Part shown: piece by piece, positions 35,656-49,405 of the stretch
How the letters are laid out: every line of letters begins with the position of its first letter
Position numbering within the stretch: the first letter of the stretch is position 1
From: Podospora anserina
Lineage: Eukaryota
Length of the DNA: 64,000 bases
Assembly: GCA_017654855.1 (NCBI GenBank)
Contig: CM030338.1
Location: 4,092,001 to 4,156,000, forward strand
Direction of reading: 5' to 3'
Made by a program: the position numbers and the translations under genes
The notes under the pieces: model-generated
Told to the model about the DNA's origin: nothing
What the model saw: the letters and a program-made list of their open reading frames with translations, nothing else
Databases searched by the model: none

Positions 35656-37497
35656 ACGTATATTATAAGCGAGTCGTACATATAAGCGAGTCGTACAGTC
35701 TCCACCACCCTACAACAACTATCCTCAATTATACCGCAACAACATTAGGAAGCAACTACAATTACATCAGAAACAGCTAAATCAGATGATTCCCCAGCCT
35801 CCTGGCAAGTGCGCGCGTTATGGCCAGGCTTGCCGCACACACCACAGCACCGAACCGTCGTACGAGCCCCCCCTGCATTACCGCCATCCGGCTATATTTC
35901 TTCTACTACCTCCCCACCCACGGCCTTCTGGTCTAGTAGATCCTGTGCATCTTGCACAGTAAGTGATCCTCCGAGCTATACACGTGTTTTTTTAGTTCTC
36001 CGGCGCTTACTTAGTGCCTCATTGGCTTTACGGAGCGAAGAGACCTTTACCTATAAGAGGGCTATTTAGTATATTATAATTATTATACTTTTAATAAATT
36101 AATTTATAGTACTTAATATTAAAGTCGGAAAATTATTTTAATAATTAATAATATAAATTTTAATAAGCGTTAAGTATAAATTAGTTTTTTGGGGGTTTTA
36201 TAATATTTAAAATACTTAAAGGAATACCGTACCCGGCTTTAAGGATAGGGATATTAACGTACGAAATATTATATTTAATTTAAAAAATATTCTTTCTAGA
36301 TTATATAGTATAAAACTAATATTTATAAAATTATTTTATATATTTTTTTTTATTATAAAAATAAAAATTTTATAAAAAATATAAAAAAATTTAAATTTAT
36401 TTATATAATTAATATATATATATATTAAACCCTCGATTTAGCGGCCGTATATATATTTTAGTAATTTAAAATAATTAATATTAAATAATTAAAGAAAGTA
36501 AGAGAAATATAAAAATATATAAAATATAATAATATTATTTTATTAATAATAATATTTAAATTTAATTAAATAATAATTTTTATAATTATTAAGGATTAAT
36601 AACCGGTATTTATTTTTTATATAGAACGTTATATAATAATTAAAATATTTAATTTAATTTAAACTTATTAAATTAATAATTTAATTATTATTAATAATTA
36701 TAATATATTAAATAAATAATAAATTATATTTAATATATTAATTAATATAATAATATTATATAATTAAAATAATAAAGGGCGAAATAATTTAATCGAAAAT
36801 ATTAATTTTTTAGATTACTGTTATTTATTTACGGTTATTAAATTAAATTAATTTTATTTTATTAAAATTATCCGAGATTATAATTATTATATTTATAAAA
36901 ATAATATTTATTATAAATTTAATTTTATTAAAATTATAAATATTATTATTTATAATATTATATTTAACCTTAGTATTTTATATAAATATAAATTATTCGG
37001 TAATAACCTTTAAATTCTCGTATTTAGCTTTTTAATAATTATATTTACGCGTAAAACGCGTACGGAACTATAATTAATATTTAACGAAATTATATATTTA
37101 AAGTTTATTAATAGGGGGCGTATCGCGTATATATAATAGTTAATTAATTATATTTTTTATACTACGTAACCTTAATAAAAAAACTTACGTAAATAGTTTA
37201 ATAATATAATAAATAATAACTTCCTCTTCGGATTAAATAAGTTTCTTCGATTTAAGTGTAGTATCGCGTTGTGTAGGCCGGCCGGCGCGTCGGTTAGAGA
37301 GAGTTATAGGTGGTACGTTATAAAGCTTAGCTATAGCTCGGAGACTTAATTTTTCGTCTTTTTAGAGAGTCTTAAGGGCTAAGAGTATCCTGGCTTCCTT
37401 TGAAGTAGGAGGTATATTGGGTTATGGAAAAAATTAATGTTAGGTGTAAGGAGGATGCGTCGTGGTGGAGACTGTACGACTCGCTTATAATATACGT
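35656..37497 (-). mobile_element. RIP-inactivated Fot1/pogo (Tc1-mariner) DNA transposon, discoglosse-like, copy A
   Basis: TA target duplication; TIRs ACGTATATTATAAGCGAGTCGTACA...; decayed transposase with psq-type HTH (EARILLAL...AKLYNVP) and C-terminal CxxCGKPGHNARTC; extremely AT-rich core. Confidence 0.92.
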
Positions 37498-39264
37498 TAT
37501 AGCAAACTCAAAACACCCTTTTCTAGTGATGTTGAATAAATATAAAAATGTTTACGATGGCAATTTGTTAGCAGCTACTCCAAGCAGTCTTTTCTTGCAA
37601 AAGCAGACCCGTGGGTTTGAGGTAGAGAGTCCACTCTAGCACATCTGCATCCTCAAATGAGATGAACCAGCGCTGAAGGAAACTGGATGGGGCTAGACTT
37701 GACCCTGTATCTTCAGACTGTGCTCTCTCTTGACATAGCTCACAAGGAGGGGTTGAAATCCGCTATCTATATGACCCGTGGAATCTGTGGTTGCCAGAAC
37801 CAAACCATAGTATGGACAAGCTTTGTGACGGCAGCTTTATGTAAGGGGGAAGCTAAGCAATATAATTGCGCCTCTGGACTCTATTGAATGTAATCTAGAA
37901 CTACTTCGACCCAGGATTGTGAATTTTAAAACTACGCGTAGATAGTACATCAAACCTTACTGAGTTGGTGAAACACTCAACAGCAACAACCTCTCCCATC
38001 ACATAGTGTAGCTTTACCAAGAACTTATTCCTGTATCCAAACAATTACCTGTCTAAGTATCACAGTTACATAGGTACAGAAAAAAACCCTGTCAGCCAAA
38101 TTGTGGACAGAAGGGTACCTTAGAGACTGACACAAGCTGGTAACGTCTTGAAGAAGAAGCACGCTCCTCGCCAATCTACAGACTGTTTTAAGACCTGTTG
38201 GTTAGTTTTCAAGGGCTATTAGTTGTTTAAGAGGTCGAGTATTATCTGCAAATGTCCTTATTTCCAGTACGATTCCCTATTGTTTTGTTGGGGACGCTCA
38301 GGTCACTCAACGAGGCACTCTAAAGACGTAAGGTAGAAAAGCCCGAAGGCTCGCTACCGCATAATCTTGCACCCCATGGCGTAAATATATTGTATGTAAC
38401 TGGCCTTGACCCATTGGTACTTGTTGGGGAGGTACTCAGTGAATCATGCAGACAATGTCGACTGATCCTAAGAGGCAACGTTGCGGTGACCACGCCCTGT
38501 GAAAAAGTAAGCATCTGCCGGCAATACGCTATCACCCCAAATTCTATAGATAGCGCAGTGCCTCGGATCAGGTGTCCTCAGGTGATGCTTCAAAGAGACC
38601 GCTATGAAGCATGTCGCGTATTCGTCGCGATACCGCATCTTCTTCAACTGGACTTTGTCTGGCAGCTATCAAACGGTTTGTGCAATTCCCAAACGTGCTG
38701 CCTTTTTACATGACACCTGCGATGGCTTGTGCCGTACTGAGAAAAAGCAAACATAAATTTTGCTCACCGAGCCGCCCACCCTTATATTGATTTGTTGACT
38801 TCGTGTACCACGTCAAGTGGTCAACTCCACGATCCTTCCAGTTCCAAAGTCCCTCCCAACCACCTCCGTACTCGCAACCGTAACCTCGTCATGAAAACGA
38901 GAAAATCCCATGACTCTTCCTTAAAACGTGGCGCTCGTGAGAATGGTTGAACACGACCCCGGTTGATAAGGACCCTGAATACGAGAAGACAAGTCTTGGC
39001 TCGACGGATTGGGATAGCGAACCTGCATCGCTCGGCACGCCACTGCACACCCAACCCACGCTATTAGGGTATATGCAACCGACCCGATACCTTGCAGTCC
39101 GACCTTGAACGATGGAGGGGGCACGCGTGCCGGATAGATATAAGTTGAGGATTGTGCCCGCCTTTGACTGCCGATGTTCTACTACCATCGCCCTTTCGGT
39201 ATTCTATACGTCCAGACAGTCGTCTCAAATCAGTCACTCGTTCAACTTTCACTGAGCAGAAATC

Positions 39265-40000
39265 ATGAAGCACTTTCTCATGTTTGCTGCCATAGGCGTG
39301 ACAGGGTTGTAGGTGTCTCATTAGTTCCCATGTTTTAGTCATGCTGACGATTCCCTCCTCTAGATCCCAGGCTCTCTCCCCGCCCCTGATCACCGCTTCT
39401 ATCCCTCTCCCATCCGACATCACCTACTCCCACACACAGACTGGATGTCCAACTGTTACTCAGACACGGGAACTTTGCGCCAGCTGCCCTATTCCAGCTT
39501 GTCTTGTGCTTGGAACCATTACGCAGTCCTGCAATTGCCCTACCCCTATCCCTACAGTCTATCTTGACTACCCATGCTCGGAAAGTTGCAGCGGAATCTG
39601 GTGCGCGACCAGCTGGGCTATTGTGCAGGAGTCAGGTTGCACATCTACGGACTCAACACCTCCGTCTTCCACTGCCACCCTCACCAGCAAGACCAAGCCG
39701 TGGCACAACGGCACCTACACTGGTCACAGCACCAAAACCAAGACGACGACCATCACTGAAACCGAAACAGATGAGTGCGAGCCAACACTCACCAAGACCA
39801 CCACAGTGACCATCAGCTCCGAGCCGCCCGTGCTACCGACTTTAGAGACCTCGACGAATCTCCCTGATGTCGAAACCTCCATCACAATCGCACCTAATGT
39901 CACATTTACCTCGAGAGGCCCAGGAGGTGGCGGGGCAGTGAGCTCCACGAGCGTGGTCGAGGCGGCTGCTGGAAAGATGCGCATACTTGGATTGTGGTGA
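39265..40000 (+). CDS. Secreted 10-Cys domain protein with S/T-rich tail (intron 39309-39363)
   Basis: Signal peptide MKHFLMFAAIGVTGLSQA; Cys-rich domain; paralog at 52495-53024. Confidence 0.75.
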
Positions 40001-40583
40001 GAGGGTCATGTCTAGACGAGATGAAATGAATGTGTTTAGTGTACGGAGTGGGGCGTTGTCGTGGGTGGTGTTTTGTTGTGTATTGGGGAGCTCTTGTTTC
40101 TTGGGTAGGCGTCCAGTGTAGTGAATGAGGTCGACGTTGTTGATGCTAGACTTTTTCGTCAGTCTGCCATATCTAGGTGATTTTGCTATTCCCATGTGTT
40201 GACATTGATGCAGTGTGGGTCGGGGGAGTATCCCGGTTAACGTCTCAGACCTGCAGAAGACCTGGAACTCCTACCCCTGAACAGGATTTGCATCAATACA
40301 CACTCTAGCTCCAGCTCATCCAGTGTACATATCTCAGAATATTCTTCAAATCCACACGCTCCGCGCTCTCCACCGTTAACCTGGCACACGTCATCTAACT
40401 GGACTCTGCTCCGTCCAGCCTGTGCCGATAACCCGCATGCGGCTTGGCGTCAGCTACCCCGCTGCCTTTGACTTGAAGTGCTGCGTTCCGTAGGTATAAA
40501 ATGGCGCGACCATATTGCCTTTGCGAAGTGATCGAATGAGCCATTTCACGAAAACCATTAAGTCAATATCCAACCCAGAAACC

Positions 40584-42365
40584 ATGTCTGAACCCACCGA
40601 ACCGTCTGCTCCCACACGCCGTCTTACTGCCAAGCTTGGCAGGCTCAACCCCTTCAAGTCGTCCAAGCGATCCAAAGAGGATGAGGACGAGGAAGACATC
40701 GGCGAGGATATCGATGACACCACTGTTGCAGGAGGCGGCCACTCTGCGTTTGACCACACCCGCCATGATCTGATGGTGTCGGATGCCATTAAGTCCTTTC
40801 TTGCTCGACAAGGTGTTTTGCCTTCAAAGGATGACCCCGAGGGGCTAGCAACGTTGCTCGACCAGCCTATGGTCATACCGCCTGCGTCGGTGTTTGACAG
40901 ATCTCACCCCCTCACCGAGTACTTTATCAGCTCCTCGCACAACACCTACCTGAGGGCCCATCAACTGTACGGCAAATCTGATGCTGATGCCTACAGGACT
41001 ATCCTGACGGCTGGGGCACGCTGCGTCGAGATAGACGCGTGGGATAATCCCGATGACCCGTCTGAGCCAAAGGTAACTCATGGCTATACTTTGGTTTCGA
41101 ATGTTCCTTTTCGGGAGGTTTGCGAGGTCATTAGGAACTTTGTTGACTACAAGACGTCTGCTGGCGCAGAAGCAGCACCTATTCTCCTGTCTCTCGAGAA
41201 TCACTGCAATTCAAATGGGCAGCTTCGGCTTGTTCAGATCATGAAGGAAGTCTTTGGTGACAGACTCTTGAGTAAAGCAGTCCGAGAAAAGGGACACGAA
41301 GAACAGTCCGAGTCGGACCCAGAATCCCACGTGCGCCTTGAGGAGTTGGGCAACAAGATCGCCGTCATTGTCGAGTATCACCTCCCCGGAGAGATCGACA
41401 CATCCGATTCTTCCTCTGATTCCTCTTCTGACGAGGAGGAAGAGGCAAAAAAGGAAAGAGAGGAATACAAAGCCCGCAAAAGGGAGACCGAAGCTGCCAT
41501 AATCATCCCCGAGCTGGAAGAGCTAGGCGTCTATGCCCAGTCGGTGAAGCCAGGCGATGATTCATGGTATGCCGGCGAGTGCGTCCTCAGGAACAGGCCG
41601 CATCACCACTTGATCAACATATCGGAAGCGGGCTTGGCTCGGCATGCCACCGACGATATCAACACAGCAGCAATACAGCGGCACAACAGCAAACACCTTA
41701 TGAGGGTTTTCCCCAAAGGCACCAGAATCTCGTCACGCAATCTATCACCCGTCCCATTTTGGGCACTTGGAGCTCAAATCCTAGCGCTAAACTGGCAGCG
41801 TTTCGACGCCAGCATGCAGCTCAACGACGCGCTCTTTGCGGGAACGACGGGTTATGTCCTCAAACCCGCGCATCTTCAGCACTCGGGTGGTGGAAGATTG
41901 GTCAAAACGAGGAAACGACTGAGGCTCCACGTGGCCGGAGCTAGTGACGTTCCTGTTCCCAAAGGAAGGGATTCGGTACTCAAGCCGTACGTGACGGTTT
42001 CATTGGTGCAGAAGGATGGCACATCGTTGAAGCAGTCAAAGAGAAAGCAGAAGACGTCAGGTTACAAGAAGCATGGGCTGAGATCTGCCCTGGCTGCTCT
42101 TCACTCGAGCGAGGACAGTCCAGCTGAGACGGATCCGATCTGGGATGAAACTCTGGAATGGGAGTTTGAAGACGACGAGCTGGTGTTTCTGCGCATCTTT
42201 ATCAAGAGTGACGATTCTTTTGCAAGCAATCCCATCTTGGCAGTTACCGCAGTACGAGTTTTGTATGTGGTTCAGCGGGAGTGGGGATTCCTCAGGATGC
42301 TGGACCTAAAAGGGCACGAGACAGGTTGCACCTTGCTGGTTCGCTTTGAGATAGAAGACTTGTAG
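40584..42365 (+). CDS. Phosphoinositide-specific phospholipase C (X, Y, C2 domains)
   Basis: YFISSSHNTYL, RCVEIDAWD, VTHGYTL, LSLENHC, LMRVFPKGTRISSRN, ALNWQ, GYVLKP, C-terminal C2. Confidence 0.93.
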   Translation: MSEPTEPSAPTRRLTAKLGRLNPFKSSKRSKEDEDEEDIGEDIDDTTVAGGGHSAFDHTRHDLMVSDAIKSFLARQGVLPSKDDPEGLATLLDQPMVIPPASVFDRSHPLTEYFISSSHNTYLRAHQLYGKSDADAYRTILTAGARCVEIDAWDNPDDPSEPKVTHGYTLVSNVPFREVCEVIRNFVDYKTSAGAEAAPILLSLENHCNSNGQLRLVQIMKEVFGDRLLSKAVREKGHEEQSESDPESHVRLEELGNKIAVIVEYHLPGEIDTSDSSSDSSSDEEEEAKKEREEYKARKRETEAAIIIPELEELGVYAQSVKPGDDSWYAGECVLRNRPHHHLINISEAGLARHATDDINTAAIQRHNSKHLMRVFPKGTRISSRNLSPVPFWALGAQILALNWQRFDASMQLNDALFAGTTGYVLKPAHLQHSGGGRLVKTRKRLRLHVAGASDVPVPKGRDSVLKPYVTVSLVQKDGTSLKQSKRKQKTSGYKKHGLRSALAALHSSEDSPAETDPIWDETLEWEFEDDELVFLRIFIKSDDSFASNPILAVTAVRVLYVVQREWGFLRMLDLKGHETGCTLLVRFEIEDL

Positions 42366-42666
42366 GAACAGTTGTCCGTTGACAGCAGAGAGCTTTGGGC
42401 TCGGTTGTTAAAGTCGGGTTGGGTAGGAGTTCAGGGGTTCAGGGGTTCAGGGGTTCGGGTGGTGTTACTAGTTAGATGGGGTGGATTCTTTGTTGTAAAC
42501 AACTCTTGTTACGGCGAGGCATGTAGAAGGGGTTGGATGTTTTCTGCAAAGCTTTCTGCTATTGTTTGATGTAGAACACCTGTCTGCAAGGCGGTGATCG
42601 TTTTACAGGCTCGACAACATTTAGATGCCCACACCAATGTTGGAGCTCAGCTAATTCAAGGAGTGA

Positions 42667-43386
42667 TCAAGGATCTTCGGCAAGGGGAACAGGCGCAAGA
42701 ACAATTCTCTTGCCCTTTCCATCAAACTTGTCGGCTTCTCCCACATAGTAATCCTTCCATCCGGCCTTTGGCAAATCGATTGTCTCGTCCTCTGTCAAAA
42801 ACTTCATAAAAACCCCATGTGTAACCACCACGATGCTCGTTTTCAAGTCCCCCCTTTCTTCGGCGGCCTTCTTGTCTTCCTCCTTCTGCGCCTGCTGAAT
42901 GTTCTGGGCAACATTCCACAAAATCTTCCTGACCTTCTCCGCCCTTTTGCTTACGCTCTCATCGTCCGCCGCATAATCGCCCTTCTTTTCCAGCCAGTCG
43001 TCACCATCGAGTCCCGAAGCGTTTCCAGCCAAACTGGACCAGACAACATCGGGAAATGAAGGGAATCTCTCTTTGAGCACCGAGATGGGAGAGCCAGTGT
43101 CGCAGGGCAAGTCGCTTCGCTCTTGGAGGTAGGGGTCCAGTATCAGGTTGTTGCCGCCGAGGAGAATCGAGCCAAAGGCGTCGAGTGTCGTCTCGATTGC
43201 TCTTGTCAGAGGGGAGGTAATGACAACAGCAACAGAGGACAAGTCGGGGAAGGATGCCTCCAAGACGGCAGCCTGCTCATGGCCAACTTGGGTTAACCCG
43301 GGGTCGCGAATGTTGAAGTCTTTGGTGACATTGTGAACCGACTCGGCATGCCGGACAAGAAAGATTTGGGGCTTGGCTGGGGACAT
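42667..43386 (-). CDS. Histidine phosphatase / phosphoglycerate mutase-like protein
   Basis: LVRHAES, DPGLT, SPLTRAIET, LQE, VVTHG. Confidence 0.9.
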   Translation of the reverse strand: MSPAKPQIFLVRHAESVHNVTKDFNIRDPGLTQVGHEQAAVLEASFPDLSSVAVVITSPLTRAIETTLDAFGSILLGGNNLILDPYLQERSDLPCDTGSPISVLKERFPSFPDVVWSSLAGNASGLDGDDWLEKKGDYAADDESVSKRAEKVRKILWNVAQNIQQAQKEEDKKAAEERGDLKTSIVVVTHGVFMKFLTEDETIDLPKAGWKDYYVGEADKFDGKGKRIVLAPVPLAEDP

Positions 43387-43819
43387 TTTGGTGCCCCTGA
43401 CTCCTGGCTATTTATTTCTATTCTTGCAGCCTTGCTGGAGTTGGAAATGGACCAAGGGTTATCTATATATTCCCAATTTTCTGCTCGTTGTCCCTCTGCA
43501 AACAGCTTGTTGAACTTTTGAAATGTTCAAAGGGGAGGACATTGCGGGGAATGCGGGGGAGTTCACTTGTGGCTTTATACTGCTGATGCTGCCCCCCACA
43601 GTGTTGCGTCTTTTGCGCATCAGTTGCACCATCGTGGGATGCTATCATTGGGCAGCTTCGAAGCTTGCCAGAAACGAGCTTGAATAACCTAAAAACCATT
43701 CACAGACTGAAACGTCCTGTTGGCACTCAACTTGCTGCTCTGGGGAAAGGGAAGCACCCAACTGAGCTGCAGCGTCAAGATTACCAAGTCCATTGCGATT
43801 TCAGCATCTACAGTTTCCA

Positions 43820-43890
43820 GCATCAGTGGTTTAGTGGTAAAATCCATCGTTGCCATCGATGGGCCCCGTGTTCGATTCACGGCTGATGCA
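43820..43890 (+). tRNA. tRNA-Gly(GCC)
   Basis: Acceptor GCATCAG/CTGATGC, anticodon arm CATCG-TT-GCC-AT-CGATG, T-loop GTTCGATTC, downstream T-run. Confidence 0.95.
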
Positions 43891-44292
43891 TCACGACTTC
43901 TTTTTTCTTTCTAGATAGCCCAGTCTTGCTGGGATTGCCCTGGAATAGCTTGCTTCCAATCCTCTTGCATAGAATCTTGTACAGCCGAAGAGGTTTGTGC
44001 TGTTTCCTGGTAGCTCATTCAGCGTCTTATCGGTAGACTGTGAGGTTTCAAGATATCTCAGAAAGATATCTTGGACAGACAAACTGAAAACCTCGTCTTG
44101 GCTGCTAGAACCGCGTTGAACGTCAATGCTTTATGGCATGGGGCAGGTCCACAGTGACGCGATACTGACAATTCTAATGCGAGATGCCGTCACTCTGATT
44201 CAGTCCTGGGGAGTCCACTTTGCAGATATATCACCGTGTTTCTTCTCCTCCCCTGCGGAGTGTGTGGATAATCACCTCAAGAAAGCACCAAG

Positions 44293-44588
44293 ATGCCAAT
44301 CAAATCCTCCACAAGCTTCTCCCCAGGCGACACGGTTCGTTACAAGCCGGTGGGCGGTCCAGACAGCAACACGTCCGAGTCGGTGGGAAAGATCAAGGAT
44401 GTCTTGACTGAGCCCGGTAAACAGGCTGGTCGGAACGTCAACGCCAGCGCTGAGATGCCCAGATACGAGGTTCGTTTGTATTTCATATCTCTCCAAACAC
44501 ACTGTTGACAAGGTGACAGATTGAGAACCTCAATACGGGAAAGACATCTACCATCTACGAGCGGAACATCTTGGGTATCGAGAAGTGA
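44293..44588 (+). CDS. Small Hva1/TUDOR-like (DUF2945) protein, 2 exons
   Basis: GDTVRYKPVGG...VNASAEMPRYE|IENLNTGKTSTIYERNILG. Confidence 0.75.
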
Positions 44589-44646
44589 TCAGATGGATTG
44601 ATATCGAGAGTAGAAGTCAAAATGGAAATACAAAGTCCCAGTCATA

Positions 44647-45709
44647 TCACAACTTTCTGATCTGAGCATTACCAACCTCCTCAAGAAGAGCCTCAACCCT
44701 TTCTTTTCCCTCGAGCATGGCCCAGTGTCCAACGTCGAGCTTCTCAACCCTCAAATCTTTTGCCAGCCCACGAAGATCTTGGATGTGCATATCAGTGATC
44801 ACTGCGTAGTCCTTAAGGGTGGCGATGAAGAGAGTAGGAATATTGATCGTTTTCTCCTCCGCTGGCAAGTCCTGATCCTCTTTGGCTGGTCCACAAAACA
44901 CAGCAGCCTTGTACCAATTGAAAGGACCAGTGTATCCTCCTGCCCTCAAGATTCTGTTGTGCATCTCCAGTTCGGCGGGCGAAATCCAGTGGGCAACAGG
45001 AATCTCGATGTCGGACTCTAGGAACTTGGTAAAGCCTCCCGGTTCCCCAAAGTATTCAATCCACACTTTGGGGTCCTGGGCATAGAAAAGCGAATCGACG
45101 CGCCTGTCATTCTTCTCAACCAGGGTTGCGCCATCAGGGGATATAAAGACCTTGACGTAGCCAGAAGTGCTGTATCCTAGAATCTCTTTGGACATTTGTA
45201 TCACGGAGTCTGTTCACATTGCGTCTTGTCAGCAGGGTTTGAATCCAAGTTTGACCTCGAGGAGACATACCAGGATCAAACGGCGAGTCCAAAAACATGA
45301 AGCCAGTTGCTATGAACACCAGTTGACTGAAGAGCTCTTTGTGGTGCACGTAAAGGTGTGAAAGAAGTCCGGCACCAAAGTCATGCCCGACTCCAATGAC
45401 CTTTGGGGTGTCGAGAACCTTGGTCACAAGTTCATGGACTTGGGGAACAAGACACTTCATCTGATATGGCTCGTAGGATTCCGGTTTGTCCGTGTCGCCA
45501 TAGCCGAGAAGGTCCGGTACCAAAATACCAAAGCCAGCCTTGGGTAATAGCTCGACTTGGTGATGCCAAATATAACTGGAGCTTGGTGCGCCATGGAGCA
45601 GGAGAAATGTGGGTTTGCTGCCAGTAGCAGGGACGTGAATGTAACCATAGGTTGTACCGTCACTCAGAATTGCCTTTCTGGCGAGCTTGGGGAAGGCAGT
45701 CGATGCCAT
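44647..45709 (-). CDS. Alpha/beta hydrolase, epoxide hydrolase-like, 2 exons
   Basis: LLLHGAP, PDLLGYGDTDKP, nucleophile GHDFG, NWYK, catalytic GHW. Confidence 0.88.
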
Positions 45710-45870
45710 TGTGAAAGTAAGACGAGGAAGTTACCTACTGTTGAACTGCGCAGCGGATTATGGAGAGTTATACGGACGTAAGGGACAGGGGTTTGGTTGG
45801 ATGACCCACCTCTCGCCCTTTCATCAACATGAACATGACATGCATGATAGGCACGTGAGGCTCAGCCGCT

Positions 45871-46820
45871 TCACCGACCATCTTTCTTGTTTGTTATCCA
45901 AATTCTGCTTCCCACCACATCTCCAGAGTGCCGTCTAATCCCGTACTTTCTGTACTCGAATTCCTCCAGGCTTCCGAGCTTCTCACCCCACCCATCATTG
46001 GTCTTCCCTGGTGAGGCTGTCTGGTCCAAACCGTCTAGTTTGACCAGACCTGTCGTTCCTGCCAGTACCTCACTTTCTCTTGCCGCCCAGTGCTGGTACA
46101 GCTCTGGATGTGGTACCCACACAACCATCATCCCGGCTCTGCGTGCAGCCTCCACCCCTGGCACGCTGTCCTCGAATACCAAACACTCCTCCCGTCTAAT
46201 CTCATCTTCGCTGGGATCCAACTGCTCGTTGATCACTTGCAGCGCTGTCAGAAAAATGTCTGGAGCCGGCTTTCCTCTCTTGCCCTTCATCCGGCTATGA
46301 TCAGATAAAATCCTGTGCTTCTCTGATATCAATCGTATCATCTCATTAATGTCAGGTCGGGATGTCTTGAGCTTGAGGTTGGAGGTGACACTACTTGAAG
46401 CCAGTGCGATTCTGACTTTTCTCCCGTCCGCTTCTGTCATTGCCTGGGAGAGCTGTTCCAGAAGCTGTTTGGCACCCGGGAGGACTTCACACATCGGAAA
46501 CATCTTGTTCTGCTCAATCTGCTGTTCTGCCTTGTACTGCTCACGGGATATGGGAAGCTGGGCCCACTGATGAAACGCTTCTCCGTTGCTAGATCCAGGC
46601 ACGCCCATCAGTTGTGCTTTGAGAGACCAGGGGATCGGGGGGCGGGAATAGCGTGCGAGAACAGTGTTGGCGCAGAGGCTGTAGATATCTTCGGTGTTTA
46701 GGAGGAGACCGTCAAGGTCAAAAATGCATGCCCGAACGTGCGGGAAGGTTCTGATTGATGAGATTAGCTATTGCGATTTCAAGACACAGCCAAGTTGACA
46801 CACCTGTTGTGAGACACCAT
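45871..46820 (-). CDS. HAD-superfamily phosphatase (HDHD1/pseudouridine-5'-phosphatase-like), 2 exons
   Basis: ACIFDLDGLLLNTE, GKPAPDIF, CLVFEDSVPGVEAARRAGM. Confidence 0.88.
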
Positions 46821-47829
46821 GGCTCTTGACCTTGGGGATTGTAGAGGAGAGCAAATCTTATTTTCACCCCGCACAAGGTTTTTGCAAGCGCCGAAGCCGG
46901 ATTGGCTGATGGTGGGCCAAGTTTTGAGGCGCACATCTCCACCACAAAGAGTGCGACATTTCGGAGGCTTTGGAGTTTGTTTTCTTCAATTGGTCCTGAA
47001 AAGTCAAAGCTTATAATGAAAGTACTGCATCGAGCGGGTTTGATGCTCAGGCTGGGTCGTTCTGACAGCATTGCTGCCGACGAGCGGCTGCTGCCAATTA
47101 ATCCCTCGCTGCAGCTGATGGTGAAGGCTTTATTGACCCAAACAAAGCTCAAAGCTCAACAACCCAACCACATGATTGACAATAGCAATGTTCAACATGC
47201 CGCCTCTGAGTAATGCGATTGTCTTTCACCTGGCTTTGTCCCACTTTGAGATAAAAGTGTGATTTCCTGCAGAAGAAAGTCCTGCACCGTTGACATCAGG
47301 TAGACCGCATCGATTGCGTGACGAATCTTGACACACAACTTTTGTACCACCGGCGCTCCCTCCCTTTCTCCTTTCCCACCTGCAATTTGCATCTTATCTG
47401 ATCCTTGTCCATCTCACGATATCGGTACCTCCAGGATGGGGACCCGTCAGACTAAGTGGGCCTTACACTAACGTAGTCTGAGTCTTGTTTCCTCTTCGCC
47501 CCACCGACTCCACTATGAGACCCTATTTTTTCAACGACATGTCAACATTGGTACTGGTGTTCTGTAAGTGATTGGGGACACATGGAGGCCCGGAGAGCGG
47601 AAAAGTATGTGGGCGAGAGTATGGTGATTTGTTTCTGCATGGTATCTTGCCGGGACGATTGAAGGAATGGTGGGGTAACTGTTGGGTGCTCTGAAGGCCA
47701 GGTGTTGGATGGGCGATGAGGGAGACGGCAGATCCAAGGCAAGTCGAAGGTCGAATGAAGAGAACCAAACACGGTTTATATTCTACTAAACACAGCGCAG
47801 CCATTGTTGTACAATGTCCCGTCTAGTTA

Positions 47830-48529
<700 letters not shown>

Positions 48530-49405
48530 TTTGACGAGACGGAGAAATAAAGGAGGGCGGTGCAGCTGGCAATTGATGGTGCCAATGGATGGATGCGTGT
48601 CAGAAGCTGGAAGGGAAGAGGAAGAAGAGGCACACGTTGGGAATGGAAGCGGAAGAAATTGGGGGAACCAGAAGAGAGGGAGACGAAAGGGAGGGCGGGA
48701 GAATGGCACGAATGGGAAGGGGTGACGGGGGAAGGGCGGGGTATGGCCAATCATCTGTCGAGAGCGTCCAGGTTTGTGAGACGTGAGATCTCTCGCTCCT
48801 TCAAATTCGACGTGAACGGACGCAGATGGCAGGCGCAGCTGTCCTGCAGCTGGTTGTTTCTGGCCTGGCACTTCCATCGGCGGTTGCCAGCCAAGAAACC
48901 GATCGGATATCATGCGTTTCCTTGCTCTTCTGCATCCTGCTGCCCTCCATGGTGGTCAGTTGAGACAGCGCCCATGAGGTTCCTGTGGCCGGATCCAATC
49001 TGAAAATGCATCTTGGAGACGATTGCAACAGCCTTTATGCATTGATCCCATTGTGAAAGCCCGTTGACGCTACCGTTCATGCGTCTCCCCGTCCTGTTTG
49101 CCCAACATTGTCCTGGGGGTTCACCGTCTTGCTGGGTTAGGGTTATATGACAGGCTTCCCCAGATCCCCGCTTCAGCCACATTCCAGAACGGGCCACACC
49201 CGCAGGCTCCACCGTGACCTTACAATTTCCCCAGCTTTGGCTAGTCTGCATTTGGATAGCTCTCATTGAACAACTCACACATGGACAAACATTTCACCGT
49301 CACCGAACCAACATTTCTGGCTGCTTGGATTAACAGAATATTTTCTCGGTACACTCCTCTCCTAACAATATTTAGCTATTTACATCGTCCGATCTTTGCG
49401 AGATT

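Noticed and set aside
37500-39200. Fragmentary ORFs, possible pseudogene
   Set aside because: No recognisable protein family or consistent frame.
40265-42455. 12-bp inverted match (GAACTCCTACCC) and TTCAGGGG repeats flanking the PLC gene
   Set aside because: Too short, no TSD; not credible as element ends.
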